64,000 nt of DNA from the human T2T-CHM13v2.0 reference genome, Homo sapiens. The translations under genes were made by a program, and so were the position numbers. The stretch lies in assembly GCF_009914755.1 (NCBI RefSeq), contig NC_060946.1, one strand, 5' to 3'. The notes below the pieces were generated by a model. That model had not been told where the DNA came from. It saw nothing but the letters and a program-made list of their open reading frames with translations, and did no database searches. Positions 17,103 to 29,312 of the stretch are shown piece by piece. Position 1 is the stretch's first letter. Every line of letters begins with the position of its first letter.

Positions 17103-18664
17103 TTACTACAACCCCTCCCAGCATTAAGGAATTTCATTCTAGGGAATTTGGGGCATTTATATGAACCCGTGTGTTCAGGTTACAGGAAAAGAAGAAAAAA
17201 TTAGAAAACGATTTCCCCCAAGGCTGTGAACTGAAGAAATCACACCAAACTCAGGACTGCTTTCTACATGCTGCACCCAGAAGATAACATCTAATTCTGT
17301 TTGAATCCAAGTGCTGGCAGGGATGAGCCCCGTGGCACCGGGCCACAGGCCACACCCCAGCTAAGGTGGCCGCTGCCAGGGGCCCCAGACCCCATCTACC
17401 CACCTATCCCCTTCCTCAACAGGTTCTGCTATCGGGTTTCAAAATGTGCAGGCACAGGCACCAGCCCAAACCCAAGGGGACCCTTCAGCAGCGACACTGG
17501 GGCCGGCGTGGGGTTCTGGCACGCCCAGCAACATGGGCCCGCTCCAGGCGTGGCCAGCACCGCCCCTCCTGCCGGCTCCTGCCCAGGGCTCTGGGAACTT
17601 GCCCGGAGTTTCACCTGCCTGCTACTTCACCTAGACTTTTAAAAATGGTCTCTCAACACCCTGGTCGGTACATGGGGCCAGACATAGACCTCTTGTCCCC
17701 GGGCAGCTGGTGCTGAGGTGGGCGCCCTGCCCTGGTGAGTCCATGTCCCGTGGACCTGTGGCCCCTTCCATTCTCCCAGGCCCCTTTTTCCCGTCCGCCT
17801 CCTGCTCCTCCATTCCCTCCAGGTCTGATGACTCAGAGAGAGGCAGAAGTTACTGTCCTGGCAAACCCGTCTACGAAGCTTGGCCACAGTAGCCCTTTGG
17901 GAGACAATGAGGAAGACCTGACACTGCCCACTCCCAAAGCCCCTGAGACGGGCCAGTGCCACTCTAGGCTGCAGGACAGCTAGGTGCTGTGCGTAACCCG
18001 CCAACTCTGCTGGGCCTTTAGCTCAGCCTTGTGCAGGCCTGTCCCCATGACACCCTGCCTTCCCTCTGAGGCTGGGTCCTGTTCCCATCCCACTCATGCC
18101 AGCAACCTTGTCATTTGCTTCTCAGAGGCACCCCCAAACCACTCCACTCAGATCTCACAGAGGCCACCAAGGACCTGCCCTTGGCTAACCCATCACATCT
18201 CTGTCCCCAGGCTCTCCAACCGCCAGACGGCATCCATCACGGATGACCCCCTCGGAGACACTCGCCCTCCCTCAGCCTCCAGGGCCTGCACCCGTGGGCC
18301 CTCCCCTGCACGTGGTTATTCCTGCTCCAGCTCCCAAGCAGACCGTTCCCCACCCAGGAGGCTATTCGGGCCATGGCTCCTCAAGGCTGGGCCTGGGTCC
18401 CCTCCTAACTGCCAGCACCCTCACTTCTGTGTCCATAACCTGAGCTGGTCTCCCCAGTCTGGACCTGCACACACAATCAACTTCAGGACACTCTCAAAGA
18501 CGCCCAGCCACACGGGGCCAAAAATGGCCTCACGTCTTCTCACCAAAGCCGATTCCCGGTAAGGACTCTGGCTCAGGGAACGAACCTCTCTCAGTTTCAC
18601 TCTCATCCTCCCAGAGCCAGTTTTTTCTGGAAGGCACAGACAGGGAACATGCCTTAGGAGCTGC

Positions 18665-18850
18665 CCGGTCCAGGTTCAAATCCCACTGCTGCCATCACAA
18701 GCTGGTGCCCTGGGAGCCCTGTCCTTGGTTTGCTCATCTCTAGGATGGAGGTGGCGACGGTACTTTCCATGCCACAGTGTGGCGGCTGGAAAACTGCAAG
18801 CGATGGGGCCTGCAGAGCCTGGGAGGGTTCCCGGCACATGGAGCACATCG
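18665..18850 (+). mobile_element. MIR fragment
   Basis: ccaggttcaaatcccactgctgccatcacaagctg...tttgctcatct. Confidence 0.6.
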
Positions 18851-19443
18851 GCTGAGATGTGTCTGACCATCTAAGCTGGCAAAGCCCTCCTCAGCCACCC
18901 CCATGCTGGAGCAAGCATGATGTCCCCAGCTTCCCTCCCCTCCACTCTCACCGCCCAGCAGCTGGGACATGGGACCCAGCTCTTGCCTAAATCCTCCCGA
19001 GGGGGCCCACCAAACCCTCCACAGTCAGCCCTCTCTCGACCCGGGGGATCCATCTGACTCCCGGTCTCCCTGCCCATCACACACTGCACACGTCCAGGGG
19101 GGTAGAGAAGAGTCCCAGCCCGCCCTTGCCTGCACCTGGTGTCACCACTCTACCCCTGAGCTCAGCCCCCTTGCTCATCGGATGGTCCATCTCCACCCAG
19201 CCGCAGAAGTCAGGACCACACTGGCTCTCCCGGCTTTCGCACACAGCAGGTGCTCAATAAACAAACCAACACTCCTTATTTCTGAGGCAGTGTTTCTCAA
19301 GGTATGAGCAAGCCACTGTCTCCAGACTTATCAGAGCTCTGAAATGGTTAACTCATTGCCAAAAGCACTGAACTCTCCTGGGAAGGTTTGACACTGGCAG
19401 AATCCTGCTTGGCCACTGAAGCAATTTAAGATGGTCCGACCCA

Positions 19444-19747
19444 GGCTGGGAGCGGTGGCTCACGCCTGTAATCCCAGCATTTTGGGAGGCTGAGGCGGGC
19501 GGATAGCCTGAGGTCAGGAGTTGGAGACCAGCCTGGCCAGCATGGTGAAACCCCATCTCTACAAAAATACAAAAATTAGCCAGGCATGATGGCGGGTACC
19601 TATAATCCCAGCTACTTGGGAAGCTGAGGCAGCTGAGGCAGGAGAATCACTTGAACCCGGGAGGCAGAGGTTGCAGTGAGCCAAATCATGCCATTGCACT
19701 CCAGCCTGGGAGACAGAGCAAGACTGTCTCAAAAAAAAAAAAAAAAA
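19444..19747 (+). mobile_element. AluS
   Basis: Full dimer; flanks ggtccgaccc/ggtccgatcc. Confidence 0.95.
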
Positions 19748-20276
19748 GGTCCGATCCTTCCCTACCCTGTGAGTTCCAGAAAAGCACGCTGCCATGCATC
19801 CAGACAATGCCTGAACAGTAGCCCGCCCCTACTTCCTTCTTTGCAATCGTCTGTTTAAAAGCCACTGCAATATCCTGTATTTAACTAGGCAAACACTTAG
19901 GGAAGCTTTATCAAGCCTAGACGACTTTATACCATCCACTCTCCACCAAAGTCAACGGCGAGAAGGTTACTCAATCCTGTTATTTCACCGAGTTTCAGTA
20001 TTTTCTGACATGCCTGAATGACTCATCCGCCAATCATTCTCACCCACAAACGCCACTTTCCTACATCCATGGGTCTGCAACACACACAGCAGGAGAGGCA
20101 GGGACATCGCCTTTCTCCCAAGCTCCGCATTCTGCAACAAGAGGCCTACAGCCCTGCACCCACGGACACACACTCAAAGTGAATTAAAAATGACGTGGCC
20201 CGGCCACAGATGACTGGAGAAAAGAAATGTGGTACATATATACCATGGTGTACTATTCCACTATAAAAAAGAATGA

Positions 20277-20907
<631 letters not shown>

Positions 20908-21137
20908 GAATGAGATCCTGTCATTTGCAACAACCTGGATGGAACTGGAGGTCATTATGTTAAGTGAAATAAGCCAGGCACAGAAAAACAAATATCCCAC
21001 GTTCACACTTGCTTGTGAGATCTAAAAATCAAAGCAATTGAACTCATGGGGACAGAGAATAGAAGAATGGTTACCAGAAGCTGGGAAGGGGGTAGCAGGA
21101 GGAAGGTGGATGGTCAATGGGTACAAAAAAATAGCTA

Positions 21138-21445
<308 letters not shown>

Positions 21446-21658
21446 GAATAAGACCTAGTATTTAGCCCAACAGTGAGACTACAGTCAATAATAATTTAAT
21501 TGTACATTCAAAAATAACTAAAAGAGTATAATTGGACTGTTTATAACACAAAGGATAAATGCTTGAGGGGATGGAGACCCCATTCTCCATGATGTGATCA
21601 TTACACATTGCATGCCTGTGCCAGAATATCTCATGTACCTCATAAATACATACATCTA

Positions 21659-22010
21659 ACCAGGCACAGTGGCTCATGCCTATAATTTCAGCACTTTGGG
21701 AGGCCAAGGCAGATGGATCACTTGAGCTCAGAGGTTGGAGACCAGACTGAATAACATAGTGAGACCTTGTCTCTATTACAAATAATTAAAAAAAAAATCA
21801 GCCAGGTGTGGTGGTGCAATGAGCTGAGATCAAGGCTGACATGAATCGTGATCATGCCACTGCACTCCAGCTGGGGCAAGAGAGCAAGACCCTGTCTCAT
21901 ACACACACACACACATATATATATACACACACATAAATTTGTGTATATAATTTATATATAATTCATTATAACATATATTATATATTATATATAATTCATT
22001 ATATATAAAT
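21659..22010 (+). mobile_element. AluJ-like (internally deleted) with (CA)/(TA) low-complexity tail
   Basis: Diverged Alu to about 21899, then CA/TA repeats. Confidence 0.85.
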
Positions 22011-22799
22011 TGTTTTTCAAAAATAAAAATAAAACAAAGAATGTCAATGTTTCTGAAAGACCACTGTCCAGAAAGAAGGCAGAGCACATTCAAGGCTTGA
22101 GTTGTCCACTGGGTCATCAGCCACGTTGCCCTGAAAAACGCAAACACAGCCTTTATACAAGCTCATAATAAAAAGTTCCTATCACAGAATTTAAAATCTC
22201 ATTCAAAAACTATCGCAAAAAATGAACATCTTGTATCGCTGGATGTCATTCAAAACTGGCAGCTATTTGAATTTCACTATCTTCTGACTTCAAAAAATTT
22301 TCAAAAAATGTTTTCTCCTTGGTGGGCTACATAAAACCACCAACAACTATCTAGTCACAGTCACAGTGTTCAACCCCACGCCAGGCTAAATGAACTGCCC
22401 CCACCACGTGGGCCTTCCCAGGCCCTGCCCTCCGATGCGCTCCTCCCTCCTGGGCTCCTCTGCTGAAAGCTGGCAGCCCTTCCTGGAATGGCTCCCACTA
22501 AACGTAGTCGATGGCTGGCCTGTTGCATACAGCACCTCCAGGCTGGTCATATTGCATCAAAGGCTTTAGGGCATGGCTGTAAATCCTGGGGAAGCAACAA
22601 CACTCCATTGAAAACAGTGGATGAGTTTGAAACCACCGCTTCCCCGCATTGTTCCTTAATAAAACCTCCAGATAATTCAAGGGCTGATCTTTTTGTTTGG
22701 TCTGTTTTCTATCCGGTGCTTTGCTGTCTGGAACCATAGATCTTATAGTCAATAGTGATTTACTTATTTGGAGCATTAAATCCTAGTCGAATGGTCTGA

Positions 22800-23160
<361 letters not shown>

Positions 23161-23279
23161 TGACCCTGGAATAATTCAGTTTAGCAACTAATTCGTCAAA
23201 AATGTTCTCCAAAGGAAGAGAGGGGAATGCGAAGAGCGGGCTGCTTTCTGCGGATCGTGGTTTAACGCCGAGTGCCCCC

Positions 23280-23400
23280 CACTGGCTGTGCAGTCCTGAG
23301 AAGGCCACTCAACACCCCAGGGCCTCAGTGTCTGCATCTGTAAAATGAGCAGCAGCATGACACCACTCAGCTCCCGGTTACCAGGGAAACACATGAGAGC
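23280..23400 (+). mobile_element. MIR fragment
   Basis: gggcctcagtgtctgcatctgtaaaatgag core. Confidence 0.6.
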
Positions 23401-25248
23401 GCAAATAAAAGAGTAAAGAAAACCGCCTGCTGGAACCCAGTCAAAGGTAACCACTGTCATCCGGGTGTGTGTTGGGGCGGTGGTGGTCTGGGGGGTGGTG
23501 TGGATGCATGAGGACACAGCACCTGATTTACACGAGAGTACGAGTGTGTCCACAAAGGAGCAGAGCCAATAACTGGATGACTGAGACAGTGACTACATAG
23601 TGTGGAGCCCCCAGCCCATTTTCAACTGTGGTCTAAGCTGCGCCCCAGGTGAGACAGCTCTCAGGAACCAACCTCCTTGGAAGGGAATCCATCCTAAACC
23701 CTGCTGTCTGGCTAACAGCGGGGGGGCCCACATTACTGATACCACAGACACACAAAACATCCCTGCCCCCAGCATGGATCTGTTCCCACTATCTCGTCCC
23801 TCATTAAATCTAAACCCTATTATTGGGCCAAGTCATTTTTAAATAGGCCAAATTTCCCATTGTGCTTTATCTATAAGATAAAGTGGTATAGAAGAAAAAC
23901 TTCCTAAGAATATCCATAACCCCGGTTAATTCGCCCTTAAGGGCCTATTCCATATTCTCTACACGTTTACAATCTCACAAACCTAAAATATTCACCGACA
24001 AATAGACTGTACTGCCAAAATTGTGCGGAAGGTTTGTATTATACCAAAACTGAACCTGTAAGTTTCACATCTTATAAGCAAACTGTAACTGGAAGCTGTT
24101 AGCTATCCAACCCTTCCTATATTACAGAATAACAGCCAACCTTGGAAACGAAACAAATCAGAAAGTTAACTTTTTAATTATTCCAGGGCTCCTGTGGCAA
24201 AGTTGTATCCTAATAACTCACTGTTTAAACAATTTCTCTGAAACACTGACTCAAACAGCCAGCCAATCTGAGCTCTTCTTGGCAGTAGTTTGGGCTTATA
24301 AATAAGGTCACCTGCCTGCACCAGCATCCTTGGATGCACGGTCAGGCAAACCTCAAAGAGCCACTGGGGGACCTTTACTGTTCCCCCAGGCCCCTCGAAG
24401 TTCTTCTCTCTCTTCTGTGTCTCCCAATTCCAACACTTTCTATTAGTCCCCCTCCCCAGCACCGCAGACCAGCCCCGGCACACAGGGTCAGAGGCATAGA
24501 GGACCGGCCAAACTTCTGACTGCTGAGCCAAGGTTTCCTCTCCCTCCTGTTCACCTCCAGCCCCAGAGCAGGTGAGCGAGGTGCCCACACTGGCTCCACC
24601 ACTAACTGGGCAGGCCTCTTCAACAGCACCCAAATTACAAGCCCGCATCCAGGAGCAGAAGCCAAGATCAAATGAGGCTATGCTTTTCAAAGAGCTTGCA
24701 CAAAGCCCTACACACCTAAGCCCGACTGTTATTATCTGCAGGAGACAGAAAAGCCAGACCAAGGGAACACCGGCTGCATTATAGGGTGACTCAGGGACCC
24801 ATCTGACAATTCCAACGGTCCCACCCTGGAATTAATTGGCACTGGGAAGGGGCAGTGACCTCTGATCTTCCCAGAGAGCCCTGTGGCTGGCTGACGAAAG
24901 AGCATCCCCAAGCAAATCCGGTGACCCAGATCACCTGGAGGCCACTTTTTAATAGCTGTACTCAGGAGCCACTAGCCTGCTGAGGAAGGCGCTGATCCCC
25001 GGTCTTGAACTTGGGAGAACCGCAGGCCTGCTCCCAGGAAAATGCTGACGGAAGCGGCGCGGTGCCTCTCCCCCTCGCTGGGCCTAGGCGGGGCGCCCAC
25101 CCCCAGCATCCAACCGGCGGCAACAAATCCTTGCAGAGTTGCCCGGGCCCGGCCCAATTGCGCCCCGGCATGCCAGGCGGAGCCCTTGGCGGGTTCCTGA
25201 GGCTCTCCAGGAGGCCCATCAGGAGCTACTCCTCCCACCCCGACGGCC

Positions 25249-25257
25249 ACTCACCAG
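25249..25257 (-). other. CELSR1: 5' splice donor of CELSR1 exon 1 (CTG|GTGAGT)
   Basis: Plus-strand actcac|cag at 25249-25257; cadherin homology stops here and read-through hits a stop 9 codons later. Confidence 0.95.
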
Positions 25258-28200
25258 ACACAGACACCTCCATGAGCGCCTCCAGCGGCCGGTTGTTGTC
25301 CAGGTCGCGGCTGAGCTGCAGTTCGCCCGTGGCGGGGTCCAGCAGCAACAGGCGCAGCTCGTTGCCCTGCACGAAGGTGTAGTTGAGGCTGTCTGACACG
25401 TCGGGGTCATGGGCCGGGATGCGGCCGATCACGCCGGTGGGGAAACTGTTGGACTTGTTGGTGACATAGTTGTTGAAGAGGATCTGGAAGTCGGGCAGCA
25501 CAGGCGGGTTGTCATTCTGGTCCACGAGAAGGATGTGCACCGTGGCTCGGCTCACCAGCGGAGCCGACGTGGCCTGCACCACCAGCACATACTCCCGCCG
25601 GACCTCAAAGTCCAGCTCCACCATGGCACGCAGGTCCCCGTTGAGCAGGTCCAGCTGGAAGAAATGCCGCATGTCCCCTTCCACAATCTGATACATGATC
25701 TGGGCATTAGGGCCTTCATCAGGGTCGTTAGCACGAATCTTTGCCACCACCGACCCCACTGGGTTGTTCTCCTCAACAAACAGCTCCAGTTCGTCCTTCT
25801 CAAACATGGGGGCATTGTCATTAATGTCCAAGATGGTTACCTGGATTTCTACCGAGGCGCTAAGGGGAGTGGGACTGCCCCGATCCACAGCCAGAGCCCA
25901 AAGGTTGTACACGGCCACATTCTCCCGGTCCAGCCGGCGCTGGGTGCGAATCACACCGGACGTGGGCTCGATGTAGAAGTCCCCATCGCCGTCGTCCCCA
26001 CCCTGGAAGGTGTACAGCAGACGCCCATTGGGACCTGAGTCCCGGTCCGTGGCAGAGACCTGGAGGATGCTGGTCGAGGGTGGAGCATCCTCAAAGATGG
26101 AACCCTGGTAGAAATCCCACAGGAACTGGGGTGCATTGTCATTGGCATCGAGGATGAGGATCTCTAGGGTGGTGGTGTCTGATTTCTGCGGGATGCCGTT
26201 GTCCTGGGCCATGATGGTCAGCGTGTAGGCGACCTGGTTCTCATAGTCCAGCTCCATCATGGTGTACATGGTGCCACTGTCGGGGTCAATGCGGAACTGC
26301 GGCACGGGGTCCTGAATCACGTAGGTGATGCGGGCATTCTCTCCTGTGTCCTCATCGTTGGCACTGAGGGTAGCAATGGAGGTGCCCACAGGCCTGTCCT
26401 CACTGACACTCACTGTGTAATGGGAGCTCTGAAAGACAGGCCTGTGGGTGTTGGCATCAGTGACGTTGATTAGGACATGCGCAGTGTGCGACCGTGTGCC
26501 GTCGGATGCTGTCACCGCCAGCACGTACTGCTGCTCCTGCTTGTAGTCCAGAGGTAGCGCCAGGGTGATGAGGCCGCCCCCTCTCTGGCTGCTGAGTGCA
26601 AAGCGGTTCCGGGTGTTGCCGCCTGTGAGCTGGTAGGTAATCACACTGTTGGCGTCACGGTCGCGGGCCTGCAGGGTCAGCACGCTGCTCCCCACGGCCG
26701 CATCCTCATTCAGACGAAGCTCGTAGGTGGGCTGCGTGAACACCGGGTCGTTGTCATTCACGTCCAGCACCGTGATGGACACGCTGGTGGAGGAGCTCAT
26801 GGGGGGCCAGCCGTGGTCCACCGCCTCCACCCCGAAGCTGTAGTGCTCCACCTCCTCGCGGTCCAGCTCGGCACACACTGTGATCCAACCGGAGCTGTTG
26901 TGGATCTGGAAGGGGAAGTCAGGGGTGGGGGCAGGATTCTTAGGCCCAGCGCTGCCGCCCCCCAGAAAGGTGGAGGCCGTGTCCACCAGGCGATAGTGCA
27001 GCCGGGCGTTCTCTCCAGAGTCCGCGTCCACCGCCTGAATGTGCACCACGGGGTAGCCCAGGGGCACATTCTCCAGCACCGTGGCCTGGAAGGGGCTGCT
27101 CACAAAGATAGGCTCGTTGTCGTTGACATCCAGCACCTGCACAGACACCACCCCTGAAGAATTGATGAGCGGGGGCCGGCCCCCATCCTGGGCCTTAATG
27201 CTCAGCGAGTATTTCTGGACATCCTCGAAATCCAAGGGGTTGATCACATCCAGGATCCCGCTCAGCGAGTGCAGGTAGAACTGGCCGGCCACGTTCCCGC
27301 TGAGGATGCTGTAGTGAATGGCCGCGTTCTGGCCCTGGTCCCGGTCCGTGGCCTGCACTCGCAGCACAGCCGTGTTGAGCCCCACGTCCTCGGGCACCTG
27401 GACCACGTAGTTCTGCTCGCTGAACTGGGGGTAGTTGTCGTTCTCGTCCTCCACCTCGATGTACACGGTGGCCGTGGCACTGAGCGGGCCCGGATTGCGC
27501 CCCTGGTCGTTGGCCTCCACCAGCAGCTGGTACTCGGCCGCCTCCTCCCGGTCCAGCACCGCCCGTGTACTCACCACGCCAGAGCTCTCGTTGAGCTGGA
27601 AGACGTCCCACGCGCCCCCCAACACGCGGTAACGCAAGTTGGCGTTGATGGGCGAGTCGCGGTCGCTGGCGCGGATGGTCAGCACCTCGTAGCCCACCTC
27701 CAGGTTCTCCCGCACGCGCTCGCGGTACTCCGACTGCTCGAAGACCGGGCTGTGGTCGTTGGTGTCTTTGACCAAGACAGTGATGTAGGTGGTGGCCGAG
27801 CGCGGCGGCGTACTGTAGTCCACGGCTTTCACCCTGAGGACGTGCGTCTCCTTGGTCTCGCGGTCCAGTACGCTGTCCGTGCTCACGGCGCCCGTGGCAG
27901 AGTCGATTCGGAAGTAGCCCCGGGAGCGCTCGTCGAACAGCCCCTCCATGTAATAGCTCACGCGCTCCTCCTCGCCCTCGATGGTGTAGTGCGCGTGCAG
28001 CTGGAGGATGAGGGTGCCCGCCGGTTCGTTCTCAAACAACGCCACCTGGTAGTTGGGCATCGGAAACTTCAGGCTCCCTCTGCCGCTCGTGCCCCGCCGG
28101 GCCCGTCGCGCCGGCCCCGCCCGGGCTTCGGGCAAGTTCGGCGGCAGGGGCGGCGATGGGGATGGCGACGCGGAGGGCGTCCCCGCGGTGGCGGCCTCCA

Positions 28201-28798
28201 GCGCCAGTCCCACCCGGACGGCGCCAGCCGCGCGCCGCAGGGCGCACAGCAGACGCAGGCGGACCGAGCCGCCCGGCGGCAGGCAGATGGGACGGCCGGG
28301 ACAGCGGGGCCTGGGGCGCGGCGGGCAGCGGCAGGCGGGTAAGGTGGTCGGAGCTGCGAGCGCCGAATGCTGCGCGGCCGCGCAGCCGCCGGGGACGGGG
28401 AAGCAGAGCGCCCCGCAGAGCCGGGCACCGGTTCCGCAGAGCCGGGCACGGGCTCCGCAGCCGGGAAGGTGCGTGCGCGCCCGCAGGCGGCGGCTCAGCG
28501 CCGTCGGGGCACTGCGGGCCACCAAGCGGACTTGCAGCGGCAGCGGGCGCCCCGCGCCCGAGACGCGCCGACGTCCTGCCAGCCGCCCATCGCGGCCCAC
28601 GTCCAGCAGCTCCCGCGGCGCCCGGGGCGTGCAAGCGGCGCCCACCGCGTAGGTACAGCCGGGCCGGAGGGCGAAGGCGCGGGTCCCGCCGGGTACGCGC
28701 GGCTCCCAGGCGGCCGCTCGCAGCCCCATCGCCGGCAGGGCGGCGGCGGCGGCCAGGAGCAGCAGCACGGGCAGCACGGGCGGCGGCGGCGGCGCCAT
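25255..28798 (-). CDS. CELSR1: CELSR1 (cadherin EGF LAG seven-pass G-type receptor 1) first coding exon: signal peptide, prodomain, cadherin repeats EC1-EC8 and most of EC9; 3544 nt, ends in phase 1
   Basis: Translation begins MAPPPPPVLPVLLLLAAAAALPAMG from an ATG in GCCATGG Kozak context. Repeated cadherin motifs follow (LDRE/LDYE/LDFE, AxDxGxP, DxNDNxP). The frame ends at EVSVS + G|GTGAGT, a canonical donor. The track ORF 25226..29029 over-extends both ends. Confidence 0.98.
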
Positions 28799-29250
28799 GG
28801 CCCGGAGCCCGAGCCCGAGCCGGGCGCCCGAACACAATCCATGCACCCGGCGCGCCTCCGCATCCACCCGGCGAGGCCGGGGAGCGGCTCCCGGGCGCCC
28901 GGCCCTCGGGGCGGTCCGCGTCCCGCCTCCCCGGGGGCCCTGGCGGGGACTGTGGGGACCACGCGCCCGGCCTCCCCCGCAGCTTCCACTTCGAGAGCAC
29001 TTTGCGAAAGTTTGCGAAGTTGGTTTCAAGATGGCTCCTCCGCGCGTCCCGGGAGGGCGCCGCGCATCAACCTGCGGCGGCGGCGGCGGCTCCAGGCGGC
29101 TCCAGGTGGCTCCGGCGCGGGCTCGGCCGGACGGGCGTGGGAAGCGGGGCGGGCCCGGCGCGGGGCGGGGGCTGAGTTCCCGGAGCGGGCTGGGCAGCTC
29201 CGCGCCGCGCAGACCCCGGCGGCCGGCTGCTGCCTGGGCGGTGCGCTTGG
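28799..29250 (-). other. CELSR1: CELSR1 5' UTR (TSS approximate)
   Basis: Very GC-rich leader between the ATG and a GC-box cluster at about 29250-29310. The TSS position is inferred and partly recalled, not visible in the sequence. Confidence 0.6.
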
Positions 29251-29312
29251 CCCGCGCCCACTCCGCCCGCGCTCTCCCCGCCCCCGGCCCGGCCCCGCCC
29301 CGCCCCCGGCCC
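29250..29312. promoter_or_regulatory. Sp/KLF GC-box cluster and G-quadruplex-capable tract (TATA-less core promoter)
   Basis: cccgccc, ccgccc and ccccgccccc...ggccccgccccgccccc; the minus strand has many G3-G5 runs with short loops. Confidence 0.65.

Noticed and set aside
25409-28342. Long antisense ORFs (209 aa and 357 aa) opposite CELSR1
   Set aside because: These are shadow ORFs expected from strong GC3 codon bias; they contain no recognisable domain.
25226-29029. 1267-aa single-exon protein as given by the ORF track
   Set aside because: The start is ATG 28798 (Kozak context, signal peptide) and the exon ends at the donor at 25255; the GEWPSGWEE tail is intronic read-through.
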